Shown: positions 23,262 to 37,900, numbered from the whole stretch's first letter. The stretch: DNA of 63,755 nucleotides, filler included, from Chiloscyllium plagiosum (GCF_004010195.1; 7 parts of one record of this genome joined end to end with filler, not necessarily neighbours in it); one strand, 5' to 3'. The notes: generated by a model not told the origin, from the sequence alone. Program-made: numbers and translations.

Positions 23262-24605
23262 GTGGATGTTTATGGATGTGCTGCCAATCAAGGGGGCTGC
23301 TTTGTTCTGGATGGTGTCAAACTTCTTGAGTGTTATTGGAGCTGCCCCCATCCAGGTAGGTGGAGAGTATTCCATCACACTCCTGACTTGTGCCTTGGAG
23401 ATGGTGGACAGCCTTTAGGGAGACAGGAGGTGAGTTATCTCCGACACTATTCCGAGCTTCTGATCAGCTCTCATAGCCACAGGTGAGTCCTGTTGAGTTT
23501 CTGGTCAATGATTACCTCCAGGATGTTGATAGAGTGGGATTCAGTGATGGTAATACCATTGAATGTCAAGGCATGGTAGTTAGATTGACTACTATTGGTG
23601 ATAATCATAGTGTGGCATTGATTCAAATGTTATTTGCCGCTTGTCAGCTTAGCCTGGATATTGTCCAGATTTTGTGCATTTGAACATTGGCTGCTTCAGT
23701 ATCTGAGGAGTCGTGCATGGTGAACAATGTGTGATCATTGGTGAACTTCTGACCTTGTGGTGGAGGGAAGGTCATTGATGAAGCAGCTAAAGATGGTTGG
23801 GCCTCGGACACTACCCTGAGGGACGCCGGCAGAGATGTCCTGGAACTGAGATGACAGACCTCCAACAACCGCAACCATCTTCCTATGTCTCAGGTATGAC
23901 TCTAACCAGTGAAGATTCTGCCCCTGATACCCATTGATTACAGTTTTGTCCAGGCTCCTTGATGCCACACTCGGTTGAATGCAGCCTTGATGTCAGGGCT
24001 GTCCCTCTCCCCTCCCCTCTGGAAACCAGCTCTTTTGTCCATGTTTGACCCAAGGCTGTAATGAGGTCAGGAGCTGAGTGACCCTGGGGGAACCCAAACT
24101 GGGCGTCACTGAGCAGGTTATTGCTGAGCAGGTGCTGCTTGATAGCTCTTTTGATGACCCCTTCCATCACTTTACTGATGATGGAGAGTAGGCTGATGGG
24201 GCGGTAATTGGCTGGGTTGGATTTCGTCCTGCTTTTTATGTACAGGATATACTTCGGCAAGTTTGCACATTGTCGAATGGATACCAGTCTTGGAACATCA
24301 CTGAAACAGCTTGGCTATGGGGGTGACAAGTTCTGGAGCACGTCTTCAATATTATTGCTGCAATGTTATCAGGGCCCATCACCTTTGCAGTATCTAGCTT
24401 CTCCAAATGTTTCTTGATATCATATGAAGTTAATCGAATTGATTTAAGACTGGTATCTGTGATGCTGGGGATCACTGGAGAAGGCCGAGTTGAATCATCC
24501 ACTTGGCACTTCTCACTGAAGATTGTTGTGAATGCATCTGCCTTAGCTTTTGCACTGATGCGCTGGGCTCCTCCATCATTTAGGATAGAGATGTTTGTGG
24601 AGCTT
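23262..24605 (-). mobile_element. RT region of the second CR1/L2-group LINE; resumes at about 26250-26335 and 26778-26828
   Basis: KSNPANYRPISLLSIISKVMEG..QFGF and AGVPQGSVxGPTIFSCFINDL. Confidence 0.85.
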
Positions 24606-26249
24606 CATGAAGTGCTTTGAAAGGCTGCTCATGGCATTATTCAACTCCAGCCTCCCCACTACTCTTGACCCACTCCAATTTGCCTAACGGACCAACACAT
24701 CCACATCAGATGTCATATCACTTGCCCTTCACTCCTCCTTAGAACAGCTATGCAAGAATCCTACTCATTGACTACAGTTCAGCTTCAATACTATTATCCC
24801 GTTGAGACTGATAACTAAATTTAGTGATTAGATTAGATTCCCTATAGTATGTAAACAGGCCCTTCAGCCCAACAAGTCCACACTGACCCTCCAAAGATTA
24901 ACCCACCCAGACCCATTCCCCTACATTTACCCCTGACAAATGCACCTCACACTGTAGGCAATTTAGCATGGCCAATTCACCTGATCTGCACATTTTTTGG
25001 ATTGTGGGAGGAAACCAGAGCACCCAGAGGAAATCCACGCAGACACAAGGAGAACATGCAAACTCCACACAGTTGCCAGAGGCAGGAATTGAACACAAGT
25101 CGCTGGCACTGTGAGGCAGCAGTGCTAATCAATGAGCCACTGTGCTGCCACTAAGCCACTGTGCTGAGTGATCTCAGATTAAGCTCCACTCGCTGCAACT
25201 AGATCCTCAGTTTCCTGACCCACAGGCCACAATCTGTGAAGATTGGGGACAATATTTCATCCTCACTAACACTCAACACTGGACCCCCCCCAAGGGTGCG
25301 TACTCAGCCCCCTACTGTACTCACTGTATACCCAAGACTGCGTCGCTAAATACCAGATTAGTGTCATTTACAAGTTCGCTGATAACACCACCATAGTTGG
25401 TCAAATTTCAGGTGGCGATGAAACAGACTACAGACAGGAGGTGGAAGACCTGGAAAAATGATGCACTGAGAACAACCTCGCTCTCAATGTTGGCAAAACC
25501 AAGGAACTCATTATTGACGTTCGGTGGGATGTTACTCATGTGCCCCCCTACACATTAACAGCACAGAGGTGGAACTAGTGGAGAGTGTCAAACTCCTGGG
25601 AGTGGTCATCCACAACAAGCTTTCTTGGACTCTTCATGTGGACGTACTGGTTACAAAGGCCCAACAACGTCTCTTCTTCCTCAGGCAGCTGAGGAAATTT
25701 GGCATGACGGTGAATATCCTCGCCAACTTTTATAGGTATGCCATTGACAGCATTCTGTCTGGATGTCTCACTACCTGGTACGGCAACTGTACCATTCAAG
25801 ATTGGAGACAGTTACAGAGAGTGGTGAACTCGGCCTGGACAATCACAAAGGCCAACCTCCCATCTATAGAATCCATCTACCAGGCCCACTGTCAAGGAAA
25901 GGCCACCAGCATTCTAAAAGATCCACCCCACCCTGGCAATGTTTTTCTACAACCTCTACCGTCAGGGAGAAGGTACAGAAACCTGAACACATGCACCAGC
26001 CGGTTTCGAAACACTTTCTACCCTACTGTTGTTAGAATACTGAATAGACTCATAAACTCTTAGCATTTGCCTGTACCTGTGTTTTTGTTTTTGCCGCTGT
26101 TTACCTATTATTTACTGATCTATGCTTCTTAACTCTGTGATCTGCCTGTATTGCTCACAAGACAAAGCTTTCCACCGTGCCTTGGTACATGTGACAATAA
26201 ATTCAATTCAATTCAATTCAATTCAATTTAATTCAATTTAATTCAATTC
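24606..26249 (+). mobile_element. Rex1/Babar-type LINE, 5'-truncated, with an (ATTCA)n tail
   Basis: LDPLQFA..SLALHSSL, PQGCVLSPLLYSLYT, KFAD; ORF 25524..26063 (KAQQRLFFLRQLRKF..LPSGRRYR); aataaa followed by (attca)n. Confidence 0.85.
24829..25166 (-). mobile_element. HE1-type V-SINE nested in the Rex1/Babar LINE
   Basis: Reverse complement of the HE1 sequence; agtgat on both flanks (TSD). Confidence 0.9.
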
Positions 26250-26334
26250 CAGTGAGCTGTTAAATTGTCCACCTCCATTCACGACTGGATGTGGAAGGAC
26301 TGCAGAGCTTCGGTCTGATCCGTTGGTTATAGGA

Positions 26335-26778
26335 TAGAGTCATAGATTCATAGAATCTGACAATACAAAGACAGGCCCTTTGGCCCAAAGTGTTCTGTAC
26401 CGACCAAAATATCCATCCACACTAACCCCATTTCTCTGCACTTGGCCCATATCCTTCTAATCCTTTCCTATCTGTGTATTTGTCCAAATGCTTTTTAAAT
26501 GTTGTTAATGTACCCGCCTCAACCACTTCCACTTGCAGCTCATTTCATAGGTGTACCGCCCTCTGTGTAAAGAAGTTGCTCCTCGGGTTCCCTTTTATTC
26601 TTTCCCCTCTAACCTTAACCTGATACCCTCTAGTCCTCAATTCCACAACCCTGGGAAAGAGATTGAGTGTATTCACCTTATCCATGCCTCTCATGATCTT
26701 ATACACTTCTGTAAGGTCCCCCCTCAGTCTCCGATGCTCTAAAGACAAAAAGACTTTTCCGTCCCTAACCTCTCCCTA
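26335..26778 (-). mobile_element. CR1 3' end
   Basis: ORF 26545..26748 LEHRRLRGDLTEVYKIMRG. Confidence 0.85.
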
Positions 26779-26832
26779 TCGCTTAGCTCTGACTATCACT
26801 TGCTGCTTATATTGTTTGGCATGTAAGAAGTG

Positions 26833-27137
26833 CTGAAAAATGTGTTGCTGGAAAAGCGCAGCAGGTCAGGCAGCATCAAAGGAGCAGGAGAATCGACGTT
26901 TGGGGCATATGCCCTTCTTCAGGAATGAGGAGGGTGTGCCAAGCAGGCTAAGATAAAAGGTAGGGAGGAGGGACTTGGGGGAGGGGCGTTGGGAATACGA
27001 TAGGTGAGGGTGGCAGACCGGAGAGGGGGTAGGGGCGGAGAGTTTGGGAAGAAGATTGCAGGTCAAGAAGGTGGTGCTGAGTTCGAGGGTTGGGACTGAG
27101 ACAAGGTGGGGGAAGGGGAAATGAGGAAGCTGGAGAA
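26833..27137 (-). mobile_element. Penelope 3' terminal region (family B), cut by the spacer
   Basis: Nearly the reverse complement of 60404-60693. Confidence 0.8.
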
Positions 27138-27237
27138 NNNNNNNNNNNNNNNNNNNNNNNNNNNNNNNNNNNNNNNNNNNNTTAATTAATTAANNNNNNN
27201 NNNNNNNNNNNNNNNNNNNNNNNNNNNNNNNNNNNNN

Positions 27238-29137
27238 CGAAGATTGGTGGAGTAGCAGAAAGCATAAGGGACTGTCAGAGAATACAGGAGGATATAGATA
27301 GACTGGAGAGTTGGGCAGAGACGTGGCAGATGGCTTTCAATCCAGACAAATGTGAGGTGATACATTTAGTCAAATCTAATTCTAGAGCAAATTATACAAT
27401 GAATGGAAGAGCCTTGGGAAAAGTTGATGAGCAGAGAGATCTGGGAGTGCAGGTCCATTGTACCCTGAAAGTTGCTGCACAGGTGGATAGAGTGGTCAAG
27501 AAGGCATATAGTATGCTTGCCTTCATCGGACGGGGTATTGAGTACAAGAGCTGGCAAATCATGTTAAAATTGTACAAGACGTTGTACAAACATGCTCCAG
27601 ACTCCAATCATTCTCTGTGTAAAAAAACCTGCCCCACAAATCTTCTTTGAACTTTCTCCCTCTCATCTTAAATGCATGCTTCCTAGTTTTAGATATTTCA
27701 ACTCTGTGAAAAATTTCTGACTGTCAACCATATCAATGCATCTCATAACTTAATAGACTTCTTCAAGTCTCCCCTCAGCCTTTACCGCTCCACAGAAAAC
27801 AACCTGAGTTTTTCCAGCCTCTCCTTATAGCCCAACTCTCTAATCCTGGCAGCATCCTGGGAAACCTCTTCTACACCCTCTCTAAAGCCTCCAAATCTTT
27901 CCTGGAATGTGGTGTCCAGAACTGAAAGCAATACTTTAAATGTGGCCAAACCAAAATCTAATAAAGCTGCAACATGACATCCTAACTCTTGTACTCAATT
28001 TCCCAATCAATAAAGGCAAGCATGCCATACACCTTCTTTCCCACCCTCTCTACTTTTGTGGTCACTTTCAGGGAGTTATGTACTTGAACCCCAAGATTCC
28101 TCTGTACAGCAATGCTGTTCAGGGTCCTGCCATTAACTGTAAACTTTTCCTTAATGTTTGATCTCCCAAAGTGCAGCACCGCACACTTACCCGGGTTAAA
28201 GTCCATCTGTCATTTCCCCCAACCCTACTTGCAACTGATCCATATCCCACTGTATCCTTTGACAACCTTCTACACTGCCCACAACTTCACCAATGTTTAT
28301 ATCATCTGCAAACTTACTAACCCACCCATCTGCAATTCCATCCAAGTCATTTATATATATCACAAAGAGAAGAGGTCCCAGCACGGATCCCTGCAGAACA
28401 CCACTAGTCACAGACCTCCAGCCTGAAAATCCCCCTTCCACCACTGCCTTCTATGGGCAGGCCAACTCTGAATCCACATGGCTTTTGTCAACTCCTCCAA
28501 AAATTCAATCAAGTTACTAAGACATTACCTGCCTCACACAGAACCACGTTGACTGTCCCTAATTGAGTCATGATTTTCCAAATGCACATAAATCCTTTCC
28601 CTAAGAACTCTCTCCAACTGTTTCCCAACCATCTATGTGAGACTCACTATTCTATAGTTTCCTGGATTTTCCCTATTTCCCTTCTAGAACAGAGGAACAA
28701 CATTAGCTACTCGCCAGTCCTCCGAGTGAGGAAATAGTGATCTTGGTCAAGGCCCCAGCAATCTCCTCCCTTGCCTCTCTCAGTAACCTGGGGATAGATA
28801 CATCTGGCCCTGGGGACTTATCCACCTTAATGCTCTTCAAGAAACCCAACACCACTTCTTTCTTGATCTGAAAATACCCGAGCACATTAGTATGTTCCAC
28901 CCAAATATCACTACATTCCATATGCTTCTCGATTTATACCAAAACAAAGTACTCACTTAAAATCTCACCCACATAAAGTCATACAATCATAGAGATGTAC
29001 AGCATGGAAAGAGACCCTTCCCATCCATGCCGACCAGATATCCTAACCCAATCTCGTCCCACCTGGCAGCACCCGGCCCACATCCCTCCAAACCCTTCCT
29101 ATTCATATACCCACCCAGATGCCTTTTAAATGTTACA
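27238..29137. mobile_element. CR1 fragments: plus 27238-27585, minus 27590-28970, minus tail 28975-29137
   Basis: ORFs 27330..27650, 27982..28206, 28196..28444 (SKFADD) and 28703..28921 (KSPGPD). Confidence 0.9.
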
Positions 29138-29139
29138 AT

Positions 29140-29517
29140 GAGACATGGAAAGATCACATGGCATATTTGTCTGAGCTCTTTGAAGGCTTACGAGAAGCAA
29201 AACTCGTAATAGACTTATAAAAAACAGAATTCACAAAGGCAGAGGTGACGTTCTTGGGACATAACATCTGTCATGGAAGGCTGACCCCATTGAACGCCAA
29301 GACAAAGAGCTTTGAGGAATTCCCAGACCATTCTCAAAGAAAGAAGAGCTTTGATGTTTGGGACTGAGTGGATTCTACCAGAAATTTGTTCCAAACTTCA
29401 TCAGTGAACAGATTTATGAAAGAACACAAACTTTTGGTGAACAGAACAACAGGAGGAGGCATTTCAGAATTTAAAAGCAGTATTAAACACCACACCAGAT
29501 TTAGATACACCAAATTA
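29140..29517 (+). mobile_element. Gypsy RT/connection fragment
   Basis: Aligns to 18780-19135 (KTEFTKAEVTFLGH..LKAVLNTTP). Confidence 0.8.
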
Positions 29518-30624
29518 TAGAGTCATAGAGATGTACAGCATGGAAACAGACCCTTCGGTCCAACCCGTCCATGCCGACCAGATATGCTAACCCAATCTAG
29601 TCCCACATGCCAGCACCCGGCCCATATCCCTCCATATCCTTCCAATTCATATACCCATCCAGATGCCTCTTAAATGTTGCAATTGTACCAGCCTCCACCA
29701 CTTCTTCTGGCAGCTCATTCCATACACGTTCCACCCTCTGCGTGAAACAGTTGCCCCTTAGAACTCTTTTATATCTTTCCCCTCTCACCCTAAACCTATG
29801 CCCTCTAGTTCTGGACTCCCCGACCCTAAGGGAAAAGACTTTGTCTATTTATCCTATCCATGCCCATCATAATTTTATTAACCTCTATAAGGTCNNNNNN
29901 NNNNNNNNNNNNNNNNNNNNNNNNNNNNNNNNNNNNNNTTAATTAATTAANNNNNNNNNNNNNNNNNNNNNNNNNNNNNNNNNNNNNNNNNNNNTCCTTT
30001 ATTGGTCAGAGTATTGAGTACAGGAGTTGGGAGGTCATGTTGCAGCTGTACAGGACATTGGTTAGGCCACTGTTGGAATATTGCGTGCAATTCTGGTCTC
30101 CCTCCTATCGGAAAGATGTTGTGAAACTTGAAAAAGTTCAAAAAAGATCTACAAGGATGTTGCCAGGGTTGGAGGATTTGAGCTATAGGGAGAGGCTGAA
30201 CAGGCTGGGGCTGTTTTCCCTGGAGCGTTGGAGGCTGTGGGGTGACCTTATAGACGTTTACAAAATTATGATGGGCATGGATAGGGTAAATGGACAAAAT
30301 ATTTTCCTGGGCTGTGGGAGTCCACAACTAGAGGGCATAGATTTATGGTGAGAGGGAAAGATATAAAAGAGACCTAAGGATCAAGGTTTTCATGCAGAGG
30401 GTGGTATGTGTATAGAATGAGCTGCCAGAGGAAGTGGTGGAGGCTGGTATAATTGCAACATTTAAAAGGCATCTGGATGGATATATGAACAGGAAGGGTT
30501 TGGAGGGATATGGGCCGGGTGCTGGCAAATGAAACTAGATTGGGTTGGGATATCTGGTCGGCATGGATGAGTTGGATTGAAGGATCAGTTTCCATGCTGT
30601 ATATCTCTATGACTCTATGACTCT
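29518..30624. mobile_element. CR1 3' ends on either side of the spacer (minus 29518-29894, plus 29995-30624)
   Basis: ORFs 29597..29788 and 30037..30351; (tatgactc)n tails. Confidence 0.9.
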
Positions 30625-30862
30625 AAAATAGTCTCATATTTTTGTCTTTAAAACATTCCATGCACTTAACTGTCTCCGACATGCTGTTTGTCACATAGAC
30701 ATGGAAATGTTGTAAGGTCAGTACCAAACTCAATAATTCTTTTTCAATAGTAGAATATTTTCTCTGGTGGGTGTAAAGTTTCTTTGAAAAGTAGCCAATT
30801 GGTCGTTTAATTCCATTATCATCTTCCTGTTGCAGCACAGCTCCAACTCCTGTGTCACCATT
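30625..30862 (-). mobile_element. Gypsy RNase H fragment
   Basis: ORF 30623..30838 QEDDNGIKRPIGYFSKKL..YSTIEKELLSLV. Confidence 0.9.
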
Positions 30863-31858
30863 GAGACAGTTAGAAGCGATGAGGAATTTGCAACAGCAAC
30901 AGTATGTGATGGATGGCAGTTATAGGAAGGGGGGAAAGTCTCAGATACAGTCACATAGATGGGTTAACTCCAGGAAGGGTAAGAGAGGTAGGTAGCTATA
31001 CCTATTTCAAACAAGTATGCTGTTTTGGAAAATGTAGGGGGTGATGGATTCTCAGGGGACCGAAGCATGAACAGCCAAGTTTCTGGTATTGAGACTGGCT
31101 CTAATGCAATGAGGGGTACATCGGGTTCTATGAGCTCAATTGTGTTCGGGCACTCTCTAGTCCAAGGTACAGACAGGCGTTTCTGTGGCCAGTAGCGAAA
31201 AATCAGGATGGTGTGTTGCTCCCCTGGTGCCAGGATCAAAGATATCTCAGAGAGGGTGCAGAATGTTCTCAAAGGGGAGAGGGGCCAGCAAGAGGTCATG
31301 GTCCACATTGGAACCAATGATATAGGAAGGGAAAAGGTTGATATTCTGAAGGGAGATTACAGAGAGTTAGGCAGGAATTTAAAAAGGAGGTCCTCAAGGG
31401 TAATAATATCTGGATTACTCCCAGTGCTACAAGCTAGTGAGGGCAGGAATAGGAGGATAGAGTAGATGAATGCATGGCTGAGGAGCTGGTGTATGGGAGA
31501 AGGATTCACATTTTTGGACCATTGGAATCTCTTTTGGGGTAGAAGTGACCCCAAAAGGACAGATTGCACCTAAATTGGAAGGGGACTAATATACTGGCAG
31601 GGAGATTGCTGGAGCTGCTCAGGAGGATTTAAGTAAGGTGGAGAGGAGGTGGGACCTCGGGAGATAGTGAGGAAAGAGGTCAATCTGAGACGGGTACAGT
31701 TGAGAACAGAAGTGAGTCAAACAGTCAGGGCAGGCAGGGACAAGATAGGACTAATAAATTAAACTGCATTTATACAAGATGCCTAACAGGGAAGGCAGAT
31801 GAATTCAGGGCATGGTTATAAAATAGGAGAGATACTAAACGAGTATTTTGCATCAGTA
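30863..31858 (+). mobile_element. CR1 ORF1 (SGNH-esterase-like) and start of ORF2
   Basis: ORF 31208..31465 VCCSPGARIKDISERV..VHIGTND..VIISGLLP. Confidence 0.85.
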
Positions 31859-31859
31859 C

Positions 31860-31894
31860 CACCTGATGAAGGAGCGTCGCTCCGAAAGCTGGTG
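31860..31894 (+). ncRNA. Minimal hammerhead motif, family C, within the short insert 31859-31947
   Basis: CAC-CTGATGA-A-GGAGC-GTC-GCTCC-GAAA-GCT-G-GTG. The cleavage-site base is G here but A in the sister copies near 20820 and 51540, so this copy is probably inactive. Confidence 0.7.
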
Positions 31895-31949
31895 TGCTTC
31901 CAATTAATTCTGTTGGAGTATAACTTGGTGTTGTGTGATTTTTAACATA

Positions 31950-34900
31950 ATACTCCTTGCATTGAAATAAACACGCTTCAGCCCATTAGTACCATTGTGT
32001 TCATTTACGTGTCTCTGTCTGTCCTGCTTTCAGAGTGACTACTCCTAACATCTACCCTTCTCTCAATCCCTCTCCTAGCTGACCTGCTGCTCTGTTTCCC
32101 AGCCCCCTGCCACTCTCAGTTAAACCCTCCTGAGTAACACTAGTGAATCTCCCTGAGAGGATATTGTTTTCCCTCCAGTTTAGGTGCAACCTGTCCCTCT
32201 TGTACAGGTCACCCCCTGCCCCAGAAGAGGTCCCAATGATCCAAGAACCTGAAACCCTGACCCTGCACCAGTAGCACGTCACACTGGTAGTAACCCAGAG
32301 ATTACTATCCTGCTTTTCAGCCTCCTTCCTGACTCCCTGCGCTCAATGAGTCATAGAGTCAGAGAGATGTCCAGCATGGAAACAGCCCCTTTAGTCCAAT
32401 TTGTCCATGACAACCAGATATCCTAACTTAATCTAGTCCCATTTGTCAGCACTTGGCCCATATCCCTAGAAACCCTTCCTATTCATATGCTCATCCAAAT
32501 GCCTTTTAAATGCTGTAATTGTACCAGACACCACTACATCCCTGGCAGTTCATTCCATACATGCACCATGCTCTGCATGAAAACATTGCCCCTTAGGCCC
32601 CTGAGAACATAGAATATAGAACATGGAACATTACAGTGCTGTACAGGCCTTATGTCCCTTGATGCTGCGCCAACCTGTGGAATTAATCTGATGCCCATCG
32701 AAGCTACTCCGTTCCATTATTATCCATATGCCTATCCAATGACCATTTAAATAGCCTGAACGTTGGTGAGTCTACTACTGTTGCAGGCAGGCCGTTCCAC
32801 GCCCTACTACTCTCTGAGTAAAGAAACTATGTCTAATATCTGTCCTAAATCTATCACTTCTCGTGCTAACCATCACCATCCAAAGAAAAAGGCACTTCCT
32901 GTCCACCCTACCTAAGCCTCTCATTATCTTATACATCTCGATTAAGTCACCTCTCAACCTTCTTCTGTCCAATGATAACAGCCTCAAGTCCCTCAGCCTT
33001 CCTCGTAAGACCTTCCCTCCACACCAGGCAACACCCTGGTAAATCTCCTCTGCACCCTTTCCAAAGTTTCCACATCCTTCCTATAATGCGGTAACCAGAA
33101 CTGCACGCAATGCTCCAGGTGCGGCCGCACCAGTGTCTTGTAAAACTGAAGCAGGATCTCGTGGCTCCAATAAACACCAACACACCGTATGCCTTCTTAA
33201 CAACCCTATCAAACTGGGTGGCAACTTTCAGGGATTTATGCACCTGGACACCGAAATCTCTCTGCTCACATCTATACTACCAAGAACCTTACCATTAGCC
33301 CAGTACTCAGTATTCCTGTTACTCCTTCCAAAGTGAGCCACCTCTACATTTTCTGCATTAAACTCTATTTGCCACCTCTCATCCCAGCTCTGCAGCTTGT
33401 CTATGTCCCTCTGTAACCTTCAACATCCTTCAGCACTATCCACAACTCCACCGACCTTAGTGCCATCTGCAAATTTACTAACCCACCCTTCTACGCCCTC
33501 ATCCAGGTCGTTTATAAAAATGACAAACAGCAGTGGCCCCAAAACAGACCCTTGCAGCCCATCACTGGTAACTCAGTACCACTGGTTCCAACATTTCCCA
33601 TTAACCAATAGCATCTGTCTTCCTTCAGCTCGCCAATTTCTGATCCGAAACGTCAAATCACATTCAATCAAGAAACTCTGTATTTTGTGCAATAGTCTAC
33701 CATGGGAAACCTTATCAAACACCTTACTGAAATCCATATGCACCACATCTACCACCTTCACCTTCTCAAACCACTCAATAAGGTTCGTGAGGCACAACCT
33801 ACCCTTCACAAAACTGTGTTGACTATCCTGAATCACATTATTCTCTTCCATATGATTATAAATCCTATCTCTTATAACTTTTTCCAACACTTTACCCACA
33901 ACCAAAGTAAGGCTCAGTTGTCTATAATTACCAGGGTTGTCTCTACTCCCCTTCTTAAATAAGGGAACCACATTTGCTATCCTTCAGTCTTCTGGCACTA
34001 TTTCTGTAGACAATGATGGCATAAAGATCAAAGCCAAAGGCTCAGGAATCTCCTCCCTGGCTTCCCAGAGAATCCTGGGATCTTATCTATTTTCAAATCT
34101 TCCAAAATTACTAAATATTCCTCTTTGTCAACCTCAATCCCATCTAATCTTGTAGCCTGTATCATTGAACATAGAACAATACAGCACAGAACAGGCCCTT
34201 CAGCCCTCGATGTTGCACCGACCTGTGAACTAATCTAAGCCCATCCCCCTACACTAATCCATCATCATCCATGTGTTTATCCAAGGATTGGTTAAATCTC
34301 CCTAATGTGGCTGAGTTAACTACATTATCAGGCCGGGCATTCCACGCCCTTACCACCCTCTGAGTAAAAAACCTGTCTCTGACATCTGTCTTAAATCTAT
34401 CACCCCTGAATTTGTAGCTATGCTCACTCATACAAACTGACGTCATCATCCTAGGAAAAAGACTCTCACTGACCACCCTATCTAACCCTCTCATTATCTT
34501 GTATGTCTCTATCAAATCCCCTCTTAGCCTTCTTCTTTCCAATGGGAACAGACACAAGTCTCTCAGCCGTTCCTCATAAGACCTTCCCTCCAGACCAGAC
34601 AACATCCTGGTAAATCTCCTCTGCACCTTTTCCAATGCTCCCACATCCTTCCTGTAATGGAGCGACCAGAACTGTACACAATATTCCAAGTGTGGCCACA
34701 CCAGCATTTTGTATATTTGCAGCATGACATTAGGCTCTGGAACTCAATCCCTCTCCCAATAAAACCTAACACAACTGCCTTCTTAACAGCACTATTAAGC
34801 TGGGTGGCAACTTTCAGGGATCTATCTACATGGACACCAAGACCCGTCTGCACATCCACACTACCAACAGTAGCTCCATATTCTCGCTAACATTGCCCTT

Positions 34901-37900
34901 TTCCAACATGAATACAGAGTTAAATGCTTCCCCTATGTCCTCAGATACCACACAAAACTTTCCACTACTACCTTTGATTGGCCCTTTTATATCTTTCCCC
35001 TCTCACCCTAAACCTATGCCCTCTAGTTCTGGACTCCCCGACCCCAGGGAAACGACCTTGTGTATTTATCCTATCCATGCCCCTCATGATTTTATAAACC
35101 TCTATAAGGTCACCCCTCAGCCTCCAACGCTCCAGGGAATACAGCCCCAGCCTGTTCAACCTCTCCCCATACCTCAAATCCTCCAACCCTGGCAACGTCC
35201 TTGTAAACCTTTTCTGAACTCTTTCAAGTTTCACAACATCTTTCCGATATAGCACACAATATTCCAAAAGTGGCCTAACCAATGTCCTGTACAGCCGCAA
35301 CATGACCTCCCAACTCCTGTACTCAATACTCTGACCAATAAAGGAAAGCATACCAAACACCTTCTTCACTATCCTATCTACCTGTGACTCCACTTTCAAG
35401 GAGCTATGAACCTGCACTCCAAGGTCTCTTTGTTCAGCCACATTTCATAGGACCTTACCATGAAGCATACAGGACCTCCTCTCTCTTTCCACCCATGTCC
35501 TTGGTACCAATGTGCACTAACACCTCTGGCTGCTCAGTCTCTCCCTTAAGAGTTTCATGCAACTGCTCAAAGATGTCTTGACTGAGGCACCAGGGAGGCA
35601 ACACACCATCCCTGGAACTAGTGTCTATCGCACTCTCTGTCCCATATATGATCCTCAGTGTGTCCTCAGTATAAGCAACTGCTGCTCCAGTTGAACCACA
35701 CGGTCTGTGAGGAGTTGTCACTGGTCCCACCTCCTGCAGACCCCAGACTGCTGACTGATCTCCCACAGCTGGAAGGAGGAGCATACCACTGCCCTGAGTG
35801 CTATCTCTGCCCCTTTACACTGAGACACACCACTGCCCTGAGTGCCGTCTCTGCCCTTTTACACTGAGAAAGAGAAAGAAATTTCACATTGCCTTTGCAA
35901 GAATAGGCATTAATGGAAAAGCTCAGCAGGTCGACAGCATCTGTGGAGAGAATTCAGAGTTCACATTTCGGGTCTGGTGACCCTTCCTCAGAACTTGACA
36001 AGCTATTTCATCCCTTGCCTCTCGCAGTATCCTGTGTTAGATCTCATCTAGCCCTGAGATTTATCCATCCGAATGTATTTCAAGACATCTAACACTTGCA
36101 GCTTTATTATGTTGACCAGCCGGAAAGCATTCACGCACCTTTCCCTCACCTCAGCATCTGTCACCTGCCTTTCTTTGGTGAATGCCAATGTGAAGTACTC
36201 ATTAAAGATTTCATTACTTTCCTCTGACTCCACATAGAACAGAGAACATCGAACAATACAGCGCAGAACAGGCCCTTTGGCCCTCGATGTTGCGCCGCCT
36301 GTGAACTAATCTAAGCCCATCCCCCTACACTATCCCATCATCATCCATGTGCTTATCCAAGGATTGTTTAAATCTCCCTAAAGTGGCTGAGTTAACTACA
36401 TTTGCAGGTAGGGCAATCCACACCCTTACCACTCTCTGAGTAAAGAACCTGCCTCTGACATCTGTCTTAAATCTATCACCCCTCAATTTGTAGTTATGCC
36501 CTCTCGTATCCACTGATGTCATCATCCTAGGAAAAAGACTCTCACTGTCCACCCTACCTAATCCTCTGATCATCTTGTATGTCTCTATCAAATCCCCTCT
36601 TAGCCTTCTTCTTTCCAATGAGAACAGACCCAAGTCTCTCAGCCTTTCCTCATAAGACCTTGCCTCCAGACCAGGCAACATCCTGGTAAATCTCCTTTGC
36701 ACCTTTTCCAATGCTTCCACATCCTTCCTGTAATGGGGCGACCAGAACTGTACACAATATTCCAAGTGCAGCCGCACTAGCGTTTTGTATAGTTGCAGCA
36801 TGATATTGTGGCTCCGGAACTCAATCCCTCTACCAATGAAACCTAACACACCGTAAGCCTTCTTAACAGCACTATTAAGCTGGGTGGCAACTTTCAGGGA
36901 TCTATGTACATGGACTCCAAGATCCCTCTGCACATCCACACTACCAAGAATCTTTCCATTGACCCAGTACTCTGCCTTCCTGTTGTTCTTCCCAAAGTGC
37001 ATCACCTCACATTTAGCTGCATTGAACTCCATTTGACACCTCTCAGCCCAATTCTGCAGTTTATTCAAGTCCCCCAGCAACCTGCCACATTCTTCCAAAC
37101 TGTCCACTACTCCACCGACTTTAGTGTCATCTGCAAATTTACTAATCCATCCACCTATGTCTGCGTCTAAGTCATTTATAAAAATGACAAACAGCAGTGG
37201 TCCCAAAACAGATCCTTGTGGCACACCACTAGTAACCGGACTCCAGGCTGAATATTTTCCATCAACCACCACTCGCTGCCTCCTTCCAGAAAGCCAGTTT
37301 CTAATCCAAACTGCTAAATCACCCACAATCCCATGCCTCTGCATTTTCTCCAACAGCTTCCCATGTGGAACCTTATCAAAGGCTTTACTGAAGTAACCTC
37401 CCTCATGTGTCCATGAGTGGGCCTATCCTTTCCCGAGCTATCCTCTTGCTCCAAAATATATTGATAAAATGGCTTGGGATTCTCCTTAACTCTGCTGGCT
37501 AAGGACATTTAGCCCACCCAACTCCCCACTTGAGCTCCTTCCTACTTTGTCTATATTCTTCAAGGAATTTATGTGTTTCTAGTTACCTAGACCTTAAGAA
37601 TGATTCCTTTTATTTTGACAGAGCTAATAATTTTCCCTGTCATTCAAGGTTCTTGAATCATGCCATTCCTGACCTTCATTTTCACAGGAATATGCCTGTC
37701 CTGCACTCTAATCAACTGGGCTTTAAAAGATTCCCGCATGTCAGATGTGGATTTACCCTCAAACAGCTGCTCCCAATTGATATTCTCCAGTTCTTGCATA
37801 ATTCGGTTTCAGTTGGCCTTCCCTCAATTTCCTCTCACCTTCATCTGAGATCAACTCTTATCCTTATCAATAAGTATCTGAAAACTGACACAATATGGTC

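Noticed and set aside
36325..37353. 342-aa intact RT ORF as a domesticated gene or active LINE
   Set aside because: 5'-truncated (no endonuclease or RT N-terminus) and it ends in the normal CR1 tail; simply a young copy.
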